Part shown: positions 1 through 12,232 of the stretch, one piece after another
Layout of the letters: every line of letters begins with the position of its first letter
How positions within the stretch are numbered: position 1 is the stretch's first letter
Assembly: GCA_027474245.1 (NCBI GenBank)
Contig: CM049887.1
Span: 20,815,762 to 20,879,761, forward strand
DNA length: 64,000 bases
Source: Spheniscus humboldti
Lineage: Eukaryota
Direction: 5' to 3'
The notes under the pieces: generated by a model
Seen by the model: only the letters and a program-made list of their open reading frames with translations
Databases searched by the model: none
What the model was told of the DNA's origin: nothing
Program-made: the position numbers and the translations under genes

Positions 1-1956
1 CAGCAGGGAAGAAGACTGGACTGGCTGAACAGAGGGCTTTGGCTGGAACTCAGGAAAAAAAGGAGAGTTTATGACCTTTGAAAGAAGGGGCAGGCCACTC
101 AGGAGGACTACAAGGATGTCGTGAGGTTATGCAGGGAGAAAATTAGAAGGGCCAAAGCCCAGCTAGAACTTAATCTGGCTACTGCCATAAAAGACAGTAA
201 AAGTAATAATAAATATATTAGCAAAGGAGGGCTAAGGAGACTCTCCATCCATTATTGGATGTGGAGGGAAACATAGTGGCAAAGGATGAGGAAAAGGCTG
301 AGGTACTTAATGCCTTCTTTGCCTCAGTCTTTAATAGTAAGACCAGTTGTTCTTGGGGTACCCAGTCCCCTGAGCTGGAAGACAGGGACAGGGAGCAGAA
401 TGAAGCCCCCATAATCCAAGGGGAAATGGTTAGCGACCTGCTACACCACTTAGACACACACACAAATCTATTGGGCTGGATGGGGTCTACCCAAGGGTAC
501 TGAGGGATCTGGTGGAAGTGCTCACCAAGCCACTTTCCATCATCTGTCAGCAGTCCTGGTTAATGGGGGAGGTCCAAGTTGACTGGAGGTTAACAAATGT
601 GATGCCCATCTACAAGGGCCGGAGGGAGGATCTGGGGAACTACAGGCCTTTCAGTCTGACCTTGGTGCTGGGGCAGGTTATGGAGCAGATCATCTTGGGT
701 GCCATCACGCAGCATGTACAGAACAACCAGGTGATCAGGCCTGGTCAGCATGGATCTACGAAAGGCAGGTCCTGCTTGGCTAAGCTGATCTCCTTCTATG
801 ACAAGGTGACCCGCCTAGTGGATGAGGGAAAGGCTGTGGATGTGGTCTACCTGGACTTCAGTAGGGCCTTTGACACCGTTTCCTACAGCATTTTCCTGGA
901 GAAGCTGGCAGCTCACGGCTTAGACAGGTGTACTCTGCGCTGGGTAAAAATCTGGCTGGATAACCGAGCCCAAAGAGTTGTGGTGAATGGAGTTAAATCC
1001 AGTTGGTGGCTGGTCACAAGTGCTGTTCCCCACCACCTGGGGAAGTTGGGGGCCAGTTCTGTTTAATATCTTTATCAATGATCTGGACAAGGGGATTGAG
1101 TGCACCCTCAGTAAGTTTGCAGACGACACCAAGTTGGGCGGGAGTGTTGATCTGCTCGAGGGTAGGAAGGCTCTGCAGAGGGACCTGGACAGGCTGGATC
1201 GATGGGCCAAGGCCAACTGTATGAGGTTCAACAAGGCCAAGTGCCGGGTCCTGCACTTCGGCCACAACAACCCCATGCAGCGCTACAGGCTTGGGGAAGA
1301 GTGGCTGGAAAGCTTCCCAGCGGAAAAGGACCTGGGGGTGTTGGTGGACGGCCAGCTGAATATGAGCCAGCAGTGTGCCCAGGCAGCCAAGAAGGCCAAT
1401 GGCATCCTGGCCTTTATCAGAAATAGTGTGGCCAGTAGGAGTAGGGAAGTGATCGTGCCCCTGTACTCAGCACTGGTGAGGCTGCACCTCAAATACTGTG
1501 TTCAGTTTTGGGCCCCTCACTACACGAAAAACGTTGAGGTGCTGGAGCGTGTCCAAAGAAGGGCAACGAAGCTGGTGAAAGGTCTGGAGAACAAGTCTTA
1601 TGAGGAGCGGCTGAGGGAACTGGGGTTGTTCAGCCTGGAGAAGAGGAGGCTGAGGGGAGACCTCATCGCTCTCTACAACTACCTGAAAGGAGGTTGTAGC
1701 GAGGTGGGTGTTGGTCTCTTCTCCCAAGTAACAAGCGATAGGAGGAGAGGAAATGGCCTCAAGTTGCGCAAGGGGAGGTTTAGACTGGATATTAGGAAAA
1801 CTTTCTTCACCGAAAGGGTTGTCAAACATTGGAACAGGCTGCCCAGGGAAGTGGTTGAGTCACCATCCCTGGAGGTATTTAAAAGACGTGTAGATGTGGT
1901 GCTTAGGGACATGGTTTAGTGGTGTACTTGGCAGTGTTAGGTTAACAGTTGGACTT
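1..1956 (+). mobile_element. CR1 LINE copy A (ORF2 RT and C-terminal region, 5' end beyond window start), with an intact CR1 3' UTR
   Basis: Translations 255-1919 match CR1 ORF2: WKKGQAT..., [67 protein letters not shown]. An ORF2 frameshift near 1040 ([15 protein letters not shown]) is shared with copy C. The canonical 3' end (gggacatggtttagtgg...gttggactt) is interrupted at 1956. Confidence 0.9.
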
Positions 1957-2777
1957 AGAATCACAGAATCATTAAGGTTGGAAAAGACCTCTAAGATCAT
2001 CGAGTCCAACCGTCAACCCAACACCACCATGCCCACTAAACCATGTCCCTAAGCACCACATCTATACGTCTTTTAAATTCTTCCAGGGATCGTGACTCCA
2101 CCACCTCCCTGGGCAGCCTGTTCCAATGTTTAACCACTCTTTCAGTAAAGAAATTTTTCCTCACATCCAATCTAAACCTCCCCTGGCACAACTTGAGGCC
2201 ATTTCCTCTCCTCCTATCGCTTGTTACTTGGGAGAAGAGACCGACACCCACCTCACTACAACCTCCTTTCAGGTAGTTGTAGAGAGCGATGAGGTCTCCC
2301 CTCAGCCTCCTTTTCTCCAGGCTAAACAACCCCAGTTCCCTCAGCCACTCCTCATAAGACTTGTTCTCCAGACCCTTCACCAGCCTCGTTGCCCTTCTCT
2401 GGACACGCTCCAGCACCTCAATGTCCTTCTTGTAGTGAGGGGCCCAAAACTGAACACAGTATTCGAGGTGCGGCCTCACCAGTGCTGAGTACAGGGGCAC
2501 GATCACTTCCCTACTCCTGCTGGCCACACTATTTCTGATAAAGGCCAGGATGCCATTGGCCTTCTTGGCCGCCTGGGCACACTGCCGGCTCATGTTCAGC
2601 CGGCTGTCAGCCAGCACCCCCAGGTCCTTTTCTGCCAGGCAGCTTTCCAGCCACTCTTCCCCAGGCCTGTAGCGCTGCATGGGGTTGTTGTGGCCGAAGT
2701 GCAGGACCCGGCACTTGGCCTTGTTGAATCTCATACAGTTGGCCTCGGCCCATCGATCCAGCCTGTCCAGGTCCCTC
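1957..2777 (-). mobile_element. CR1 LINE copy B, 5'-truncated and inverted, inserted into the 3' terminus of copy A
   Basis: The minus-strand ORF 2036-2734 (232 aa) is about 93% identical to the C-terminus of copy A/C ORF2. The + strand at 1957-2040 is the reverse complement of the CR1 3' end with its terminal ATTCTRTG repeats (agaatcacagaatcattaaggttggaaaagacc...). The 5' truncation point corresponds to copy A position about 1185. Confidence 0.85.
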
Positions 2778-2832
2778 TTGATGATCTTAAGGGTTTTTCC
2801 AACCTAAACATTTCTGTGATTCTATGATACAA
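2778..2832 (+). mobile_element. Displaced terminal ~55 bp of copy A's 3' UTR (tgatgatcttaagggtttttccaacc...ttctgtgattctatgat)
   Basis: This continues the canonical CR1 tail exactly where copy A breaks off at 1956 (canonical ...ggttggactt|gatgatcttagagg...). Confidence 0.7.
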
Positions 2833-4374
2833 ATATTTCATAACCGGTGCAGGTAAAAATTTTTTTTTCTTTGTAGGATACAATAAAAAAGGTTTGTGTT
2901 AAACAAGTAAACCCACAGAAAAAGTAAGTTGCTTTCATTAATATTGTTATCTGCTTTATTTTATTAATAACTTAAATGATTAAGTTTAAACATTTAAATA
3001 TAACATTTTTCTATTTACATGGAATGTTTGATGGTAAGTTGCATTATCAAGAAACTAGTTTAATTTCACCTTTCACTCTAATCTGTTGTTATCCTTAGGT
3101 AATATCATAGGGGAATAACTTTTAATTATTACACTCTTTTTCTTCACTAAATACTTCCTTTTGCTTCAGAAGCATTTCTGTTATTAAGGATTATATATAA
3201 ATTCCCAAGCCACAAAACTTAATGAGACCATGATCTTCATTTTTTTTTCAAAATCACTGCACTTAATATTTTAACCTTTCTTTGCATTTGCATTTTAAAT
3301 AAAATTTACAGTTACCTGAAACTGTGATGTTGCTGGTAAAGTAAGACTTCTTGGAAACTGCATATTATAATTTTACTCCCAGTAACATTTCTGCATACAA
3401 CCGTTCTCAATCAGAATAACAACCAATACAGGTAGCAGTAGCAGTAAATATGTCAAAACTTAATGCTATTCATATTTCCATATTAAAAACCATGAAAAGT
3501 GCTTTTCATGAGCATGTCCTAGTTTCTTCTCTGTTTTGTCTGCAAAGCAGGCACAAAACCACATCTGTTACAATTTTCTAAAGTTATATTTAATCTTGAA
3601 ATAGTTTTTCCTATTATTAACTTGCTTTTATTCAGTACAATTACTACTGGTTAGTAGAAATATTGTACTGATCAGCTAAAGATTTGATGCTATTTCTGCC
3701 ATATATCAGGAATAAATTAACAAGTTCATGCACTACACATCCAGTTGTAGAAAAGGTATTTAAAATGATAATACAATTTAATTATTAATGTTAAGGGAAA
3801 ATTCAACTGGAAAATATCAATAAAAATTGGAAAACACTTAAGAATAGTTACTGTGTAAGGATGGAGATCAGGTATCTCTATCTCACTCTTTCCAGCTTCA
3901 GGTTCTAGAGAGAGCAGCACAAAGACATCCAAGTTAGCTGCAATATTAGTATTATATTAATAACATAATATGTTTTTCTGGCTGCAGGCTGGTTCTTTCT
4001 GCAGATACTTTGAGGCTGTGCATGTGTATTGCATGTTTTATCCACAAGCGTCTTAAGGATAATGGAGAGGTGGCTGTAAATAGAAAATAATTGGTCATAT
4101 GGTATGCAAAGGATACACAGATTCATGGTACATTAATAATAATTGAGGTTAGGACTCAAAATAGTCAAGAATATTTATTAAAATGGGCCCATGTAACAAA
4201 AATGCTTTAAGACTGACAAATGCAAGGCTACACGTAGATGAAATGATAGCCCTACATATCTACATCTTGGGAGATTATATCCTGGAATACAACGACTACC
4301 AATAACCTGGGGTTTATTACTCACCCAGTGAGTCAACAACCTGGAATGAACAGCCTTTGTGATATTGTGATATT

Positions 4375-5691
4375 GCGGTTCATCTTGAGGGCGCTCACAA
4401 GGCATGAGCGGGACAACCAGGGGATCAAGCCCAGCCAGCACGGGTTCACGAGAGGCAGGTCCTGCTTGACCAACCTGATCTCCTTCTATGACAAGGTGAC
4501 CCGCCTAGTGGATGAGGGAAAGGCTGTGGATGTGGTCTACCTGGACTTCAGTAGGGCCTTTGACGCCGTTTCCCACAGCATTCTCCTGGAGAAGCTGGCA
4601 GCTCACGGCTTAGACAGGTGTACTCTGCGCTGGGTAAAAATCTGGCTGGATAACCGAGCCCAAAGAGTTGTGGTGAATGGAGTTAAATCCAGTTGGTGGC
4701 TGGTCACAAGCGCTGTTCCCCACCACCTGGGGAAGTTGGGGGCCAGTTCTGTTTAATATCTTTATCAATGATCTGGACAAGGGGATTGAGTGCACCCTCA
4801 GCAAGTTTGCAGACGACACCAAGTTGGGCGGGAGTGTTGATCTGCTGGAGGGTAGGAAGGCTCTGCAGAGGGACCTGGACAGGCTGGATCGATGGGCCAA
4901 GGCCAACTGTATGAGATTCAACAAGGCCAAGTGCCGGGTCCTGCACTTTGGCCACAACAACCCCATGCAGCGCTACAGGCTTGGGGAAGAGTGGCTGGAA
5001 AGCTTCCCAGCGGAAAAGGACCTGGGGGTGTTGGTGGACAGCCGGCTGAATATGAGCCAGCAGTGTGCCCAGGCGGCCAAGAAGGCCAATGGCATCCTGG
5101 CCTTTATCAGAAATAGTGTGGCCAGCAGGAGTAGGGAAGTGATCGTGCCCCTGTACTCAGCACTGGTGAGGCTGCACCTCAAATACTGTGTTCAGTTTTG
5201 GGCCCTTCACTACAAGAAGGACGTTGAGGTGCTGGAGCGTGTCCAGAGAAGGGCAACGAGGCTGGTGAGGGGTCTGGAGAACAAGTCTTATGAGGAGTGG
5301 CTGAGGGAACTGGGGTTGTTTAGCCTGGAGAAAAGGAGGCTCAGGGGAGACCTCATCGCTCTCTACAACTACCTGAAAGGAGGTTGTAGCGAGGTGGGGG
5401 TCGGTCTCTTCTCCCAGGTAACAAGCGATAGGACAAGAGGAAATGGCCTCAAGTTGTGCCAGGGGAGGTTTAGATTGGATGTGAGGAAAAATTTCTTTAC
5501 GGAGAGAGTGGTTAAACATTGGAACAGGCTGCCCAGGGAAGTTGTTGAGTCACCATCCCTGGAGGTATTTAAAAGACGTGTTGATGAGGCGCTTAGGGAC
5601 ATGGTTTAGTGGGCATGGTAGTGTTGGGTTGACGGTTGGACTTGATAATCTTAGAGGTTTTTTCCAACCTTAATGATTCTGTGATTCTATG
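4375..5691 (+). mobile_element. CR1 LINE copy C, 5'-truncated, in direct orientation to copy A
   Basis: The 142-aa and 310-aa ORFs are almost identical to copy A, including the same ORF2 frameshift. The 3' end is ...gttggacttgataatcttagaggttttttccaaccttaatgattctgtgattctatgatt. The first ~90 bp (4375-4470) are clearly more diverged from A than the rest. Confidence 0.9.
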
Positions 5692-6979
5692 ATTGTGGCA
5701 ATAATGGCTAGTACAGTCCAAAAATATACAAACCAAGAAGTAGTGAAGAGAGAAAATTATTTTACTTTGTTAGGCAAGACTGACTGCAATTGGCAAAATG
5801 CCAATCTGAAGACCTTAAAAAAAATAAAAAACAAACCAAAACATAAAAACCCCAACAACAACAAAAAAACCCCCAGCCTGAAGGCCACACACATTGACCT
5901 CTGTCTGCAAACTGGGAGGTGATTCCATGACATATGGTATCTTGTGTCTTTTATGTATCTTGTATTGTATGATTGCACGTATCAAATTGCTTTTTAATGT
6001 CATTACAGAAATAAATTAAGAAGCAAAGACTGGAAATTGAAGCTGAATAAGAAAAAAAAAAAGACATGCAGTTTTAGCAGTGAGGTTTGGAACAGTTAGC
6101 CAGGGAAAATGATGAACTTGCCTTCTCTGAAATCCAGTTTGGCTGTCTGTTATGAAGCCTTGCTTTAGAAAATAAAAAATCAGGTTAAATGAAGAGATAA
6201 TTGGCTAAATTGTTATGTAATGTGTTATAGAGGAGATCATGTCAAATGATCCTCTTGATTCCTTCTAACCTTTTAAACTATGAATACCCATAGTGAATCA
6301 GCATGGTTATTCTTTGGGTATCCCAGGGACAGAAACTAATTCAGTATTCTCCACTTTCATCCAAAGAGTTAAAAAGGACAGGAAACAGCTCCTTCTCATG
6401 GAGATGTCATGGTATGCAGATTAAATATCATCTTCCCTGGAGTGCCATTCAGGTTTTTTTTTCTTTTCCCTTATTTAGTGGATTTTCCGTGGATATGTCT
6501 ATTGAGATGCCATCTAGTATTGAACGCATACATAGTTGGACACATAAACTTAAAATAAAGGTAAATTAATTTCACTGTAACTATGTCTCTGCCTTGGCAG
6601 TTCTGCTGTGTATTTCAAATGGAACTTTTATCCTAGAAGACACTTGTGCCAGATCTGTCTGGCTTTGTGCAGTGTTCATTCTGCAAACAGCTTGGTCCTC
6701 TGTTTCTCTCAGATGAAACTTTCTGTTGTGCTTGAAGCCTTTCTGTTTTGGTTGTCTTCTTATTTAAAAATACATTCAGGAAAGTGAATGATATTTTAAA
6801 AAATGTAATATGTAAATAGAAACTGTACCTTGTAAAGTTTCTATAACCTTTTTGGCAAAAAGCTTTGGGACTACCCCTATTAAATCTGCTGTTGTCATTC
6901 CCTGTTCTCAGAATGTAAATAATATTCACTGTATTGTTATTAAATAAATATTTAAAAGCCTATTTTTCTCCTCTTCTAG

Positions 6980-7112
6980 AAAACAGACTGCAAGGCTGTA
7001 ATTAAGACTGTGGAGAACAGCTCCTTGGACGTTAGTGGTTTTGTTCTAGATATCTGGATTTCTCAGGTCTACCTACCTCGAATGTGGGTAGAGAAGCATC
7101 CCAACAAAATGA
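6980..7112 (+). CDS. PARP4: Candidate PARP4 coding exon (VIT-domain region?): ...SGFVLDIWISQVYLPRMWVEKHPNKM
   Basis: AG acceptor at 6978-6979 and a gtgagg donor at 7113. It is an open frame lying upstream of the vWA exons. Phase linkage to the next exon was not established. Confidence 0.4.
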
Positions 7113-8813
7113 GTGAGGTACTGCATAACTTGTACTGTTCATGAGGTAACACTGAATATGCTTAAACATAATAAACAGGAAGAGTTTAGTTTTGATGGGT
7201 AAAAGATGAAGAAAAATTTCACATCATGGACAGTGGTCAATTTGATCTGTTTTATTAAGCTGAGTATTCTCCAGAAATTAGTTTTCTTTTCAGTTGCATA
7301 GAATCTTGTTGCTTTTGTTTTATCCTTTGCCTTGTAAGAGGGTAAATGCTTCAACACAGTGTCCAATCGTTTCTGTTAAAACACTTTTTTCTAACTGTTG
7401 TGCTGTTGTTTGTATTTCATAGAAATGTGACTACAGTGTTTGATACAGATGTTGCATTTGCAGCAGTGGAAGTGAACAAATAAGTCATGGCTGAGGCTGG
7501 AACTAAGTAGCTTCAGAGTCATGCAATTGTTATACTAATTAAAAATAAGTAAAATTTTAAACCATTAAATTTGTAGGGCTGTATTTACAACTTACACATA
7601 TTTATAGAATCTGTCAGTGTTTTATTTTAAAGCATCTGGCCTTCCTAGATGATTTTGCATTCTGTTGTAGTTATTATTGCTGCAGTGATTATTCTCAAAG
7701 GCATTTGAATCTTTTCTTTTTCACTAATGAGTGAAAAAGACATAGCTAGCACTTCTAGCACTCTGGATCACCCAGAAACAGAATCCAGCTGTGGCTATGT
7801 CACAGAAGAGCTCATTATCACCACTAGAAAACATAAATAAAAGATTAGGTAGGAAAGGAAGGATCAGTACAACCCCTTTTACCTTAACCCACAGTAACTC
7901 CTTGCCTGAGACATATATTTAAAACTTAAAATATGTGATTCCAGGTTATTAGAAGCTGTTTCATCCTCCCACATTTTTTGTGAAGTCCCTGGCACTTTTA
8001 GTTATTTTCAGCTCTTTTTATTTTTTTTTTCTTAAATAAAGTAAAATGCTGCAGAGGTGAAATGTAAAGTCTCGGCGTTACAAATCTGTCAATCCAATTT
8101 TGAAATTGATTAAAATAAGTAAAATGACAGATAAGATTGTTTTCTTTCTAGCAATGATGTCTTTTATTTTTCTTCCTTTTAATCAGAGTTGCTTAGTTTA
8201 AATGTATTAGTTTAGGAATTTCTTTGCAGTCATTACTGCAATAATACTGATATTCCCCCAAGGAAAAGAGAAAGAAAGAGATTCCCATTTGTGTTTCCAA
8301 ACTGCAAACCTTTCCTTCCCTATTGGAAACACTTTCACTCCTTCAAGCATTTCATTGTTCCGCTTTTGAAAGCCTTTGTTTTTTATAGCATCTCTGTTCA
8401 TAGCAAGGACAGTATGCACTTCTGGTTTACTTTTTTTTTTTTTAATTCTATTACTTCTCACAAACTGATGGTGGCAATGATGATTGTAAAAGATGATATC
8501 TGTGATTTTTTCTTTTTTTTTTTTTAACTTGTAGAAGAGAATCCAGTGCTGTTTACAGAAGAGTGAATCAGATAGGAACATGAAACCACAAAATTCCTTT
8601 TCCAGTTTTTCATGTGAGACCTGGAATATAGGTAAAGGACAGGGAAGTTGCACTTTTCAGGCATTAAGAGTAAATGACATATATTTTTTAAAGCTTTGAA
8701 ATGTGGCTATATTTTGCTCTCATCCATAATAAGAAAAATGAAGATGCTTGGGTACACTCCTAACGAAATAGTATTTGTCCACTGTGCTGATGATTTTGTT
8801 TCTCCCTCTATAG

Positions 8814-9009
8814 GCTTGCATGCTTGTATTCCAACCAGAGTTTGAAACAGCATTTGAAGAAGAGCAGCTGTCCAGTGAAATTATTATTTTATTAGATTGC
8901 TCGAATTCTATGGCAGGTTCAGCTCTACACCAAGCAAAGCAGATTGCTTTACATGTTTTGGAACTATTTTGTTTCAGACAAAGAGTGAATGTAGTCAAAT
9001 TTGGCACAA
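8814..9009 (+). CDS. PARP4: PARP4 vWA-domain exon carrying the MIDAS motif: ...EIIILLDCSNSMAGSALHQAKQIALHVLE...VNVVKFGT
   Basis: Acceptor ctctatag| and donor |gtgagt. The DxSxS motif (DCSNS) is typical of vWA MIDAS sites. The exon ends in phase 1. Confidence 0.7.
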
Positions 9010-9247
9010 GTGAGTTTCTCTATTTCCTTTTTACCTAAGAGCCACCTTTTACCTTCTTGTCATGGCTTAATTTTATGTACATCATTATTATCAAACCAAC
9101 ATAATACACTGAACTGCAACCAGGAACGTGTAGCAGTATGAAATACTTCTACTCTGGTATTCCAGTCATAGAACTTAAACTTTTGTTTCCATATTGTTGC
9201 TACACGCTTAATATTTTAGTACTCTTCATATAAATCTTTATTAACAG

Positions 9248-9315
9248 ATTTCACAGAATTTTCTTCTTCAATGAACATCATAAATGATTTGGCATCACTG
9301 AAGGAGTTTATTACA
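9248..9315 (+). CDS. PARP4: PARP4 vWA exon: (N)FTEFSSSMNIINDLASLKEFIT
   Basis: Acceptor ttaacag| (an alternative 9 nt downstream is also in frame) and donor |gtaagt. Phase 1 entry is compatible with the previous exon. Confidence 0.55.
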
Positions 9316-10832
9316 GTAAGTAAATCAGTTTGGTTGTATTCTAAAGAAAGCTTCTTTGTATGGGATGCTTATCATTGCAAAACCCTGTTATGCAACTTTT
9401 TGTCTTTTTTTCTTTTTCTTTAGGCCAGCTTCTAAGTAATTTAGTCTATTTGAAGTCTGTTTTCCCTAGTACCAAGCACAGCCGCATCTGAATATTCATT
9501 CCAGTTTGGTTTTAAGCAATTACTTAAGTTGTTATTTTGAAGCTGAGTAGCTATCAATGTTAGAACATTTTTCAGTGTTTCCCCCTAAATTTATCTTTTG
9601 GAGTTTCGTATCTCTCATTGCCTGCTCACAGCAGAAAGAGAGGAAATGATTGACTTCCTTCTGGAAATCTATAATTTGTAAGTGAAGGCAGCACTTCGGC
9701 CAAAGGACTTTCAGCGGAAAGGAAAATGCTTTTGGCACCAAAAGATTGGATGTAGACTACTTAGGACAACAGGTTTTGGTTAGTACCTCATCTTGTCAGT
9801 GCCAGAAGTCAGCTTCTCATCTGTAACTAAAGCTCCTTGATGGTAGCATAATGCGTAAGATACTAATATAATGGATATCTTGAAAATGGGATGGTAAGAT
9901 CCAAATGTGATCAATGCAGAGTAACACAAAGGGAAAAACAACACTAACTATATCTGTACAATGTTGGGGTTTAACCCAGAAAAGAGATACTGGAGCCATT
10001 GTGAATAGTCCTTTTTAAATGGTAGCCCAATGTTCAGCAGCAGTCAGAAAGGTAAACACTTAGGTAGCTGTATAAATCTGTATTGCTGTGGCATCTTGAA
10101 TACTATATGCACTTCTGGTGACTCCATCTCACATTGAAGAGCTAGGGACACAGAAAACAAAGATGGCCAGATACATGGAAGACCATGTACAAGGAGAGGA
10201 CTCGTCCTGATTTTTTTTTTTTAGCCTCTGTTGAATCCTTACACAGTAATCTCTTTTTCAGGATAAACAGAGGAAAAGGGTAATAGGGATGGTTACTTGC
10301 TGTTTCTCACCACTTAAGGATCCCAGGACATCCAGCAAAATGATCGATTGGCAGATTTAAAATAAAAACCAAACAGTCCTTTTCATGCATAATAAATAGC
10401 AGAACTTCTTGTTGTGCTTGATGTTGAGGCTAAACTGTAATTCAATGCAGGAAGTGGGTTAGGCAAATTAAAAGTAAGAGCTGTAAATAGCTTTTAGATG
10501 CAATAGTCTGGAGGAAAACTCCAGTTCTAGAAGTCCTCAAACCACTGATTACTGAAAGCTCTGAAAACAATGTAGGAGTAGAATTTACCATTTTTCTTAT
10601 CTATTTTGCCTGTGCTTTTTGCCTAAGCCAGAAAAGATACAGGACTAGATGGATCTTAAGCTCTACCTTTCATAGTAATTATAGAAGAGAAGGAACAAAT
10701 AAAACTTAAGAATTAATTATTTATATTTGGAAACCAGGAGTCATATATAATGAAATAAAGATTAAATTATACATTATATGTTATTTTAGGAAAAAATAAA
10801 TTAAACTAAAATTGTAATACTTCACTTTTCAG

Positions 10833-11020
10833 TCTGCTACTGCAACATTGGGAAACACTGATTTATGGAAGATCTTACATTACTTAAGTCTGCTATTTCC
10901 TTCTCAAGGACACCGTAACATTCTTCTTATATCGGATGGACACATTCAGAATGAGAGTGTGACCTTCCAGATTGTGAAAGATAATGTCCAACATACGAGG
11001 TTATTTACATGTGGTGTTGG
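10833..11020 (+). CDS. PARP4: PARP4 vWA exon: SATATLGNTDLWKILHYLSLLFPSQGHRNILLISDGHIQNESVTFQIVKDNVQHTRLFTCGVG
   Basis: Acceptor cttttcag| and donor |gtaagt. It contains the vWA signature (ILLISDGH ... FTCGVG). The exon ends in phase 2. Confidence 0.75.
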
Positions 11021-11925
11021 GTAAGTACGAAGTTAGCTAGCAATTGCATTTGTTTACAATCACTGATAATTTATTTGAAGTGAGAGGTTAGTAAGCTGAG
11101 AACTGTCAGATGCCTGAGTGTACTGCCTTAAATATATATGTATGCTTAGATTAAATGCAGAAATGTTTGCCTACCTTTAATAACGGAATGGAAAATCTGT
11201 GAGGAATTTCAAAGGTAAGATGTCTACAATAACGTTAATTCCATGTCCAGGTAGTCTTACCTATTCATATCTTTCTTCATTATAACAACTACTCTATTTA
11301 AGAATATAATTGAAAAATACAAGAGTTAACGTTTTGAAATTTTGCATTTCATGTTTTGGTATAGTCTCATTTTAATAGTGCAATTTGAATGCAACATTAG
11401 TAGTTGTATAATTTTATTATTTAATTTTCATTTGTTTTGTAAGGTAATTACTTAAAGACAAAATAAGCACTAGACTTCTCAACGATCAGAGGAACACTGA
11501 AATTCATTGCAACGTAGTTTGTTTTCAGTAACAACAAACTAGAAAGATATGTACATGACTGAAACAACTTTTTACAAAAAAAAAAAAACAGGTTACAGTT
11601 ACCTATTTCAGGTTGCAAGGCTTAAATGGGAAAGGGTCAGGGAGGTGTTAGGTTCTTACCATATGCTGGGAGGGTTGGCAAGGATACATCAAAATAAAGA
11701 CCAGCGGTGAGGGTCATGTTCTTCTAGGTAGGACTGGTTTTTTTAATGACACCTTCCCCATAGCTCCTGCAACATTCCCCAGATCTCATGGCTGTGGGCC
11801 CTCTCCCAGCACTGGGCAAGCACACCCTTTAGGCCACGTACCAGACATCCCACTGCTCTTCCAAAGTAATCATTTGTTATGACTGTAATAGAATTTGCAT
11901 CAACACACAATAAAGAACAGATGGT

Positions 11926-12232
11926 ATGTGTCCATTAGCAGTACTGACACCATTTTCAGACAGGGCAAGGGGGAATGGCTTTAAACTAAAGGGTGGTAGA
12001 TTTAGACTAGATAGAAGGAAGAAATTTTTTTACGCTGAGGGTGGTGAAACACTGGCACAGGTTGCCCAGAGAGATGGTGGATGCCCCATCCCTGGAAACA
12101 TTCAAGGTCAGGTTGGATGGGGCTCTGAGCAACCTGATCTAGTTGAAGATGTCCCTGCCCATGGCAGGGGGGTTGGACTAGATGACCTTTAGAGGTCCCT
12201 TCCAACCCAAACTATTCTATGATTCTATGATA
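11926..12232 (+). mobile_element. CR1 3'-terminal fragment D
   Basis: ORF 11926-12192 reads RGNGFKLKGGRFRLDRRKKFF...GGCPIPGNIQGQVGWGSEQPDLVEDVPAHGRGVGLDDL, a CR1 ORF2 C-terminus. It ends in the CR1 microsatellite ctattctatgattctatgat. Confidence 0.8.

Noticed and set aside
920-1276. Antisense ORFs inside the CR1 copies (920-1276, 1014-1265, 1467-1829, 4610-4966, 5157-5519 on minus; 2043-2488 on plus; 50826-51349 on plus)
   Set aside because: These are the non-coding strand of CR1 ORF2. The same peptides recur in every CR1 copy only because the element is repeated.
8530-8640. Possible PARP4 exon aagagaatccag...gacctggaatatag|gtaaag
   Set aside because: It has good splice signals, but its only open frame ends in phase 1, which is incompatible with the phase-0 start of the MIDAS exon at 8814. 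I left it unannotated.
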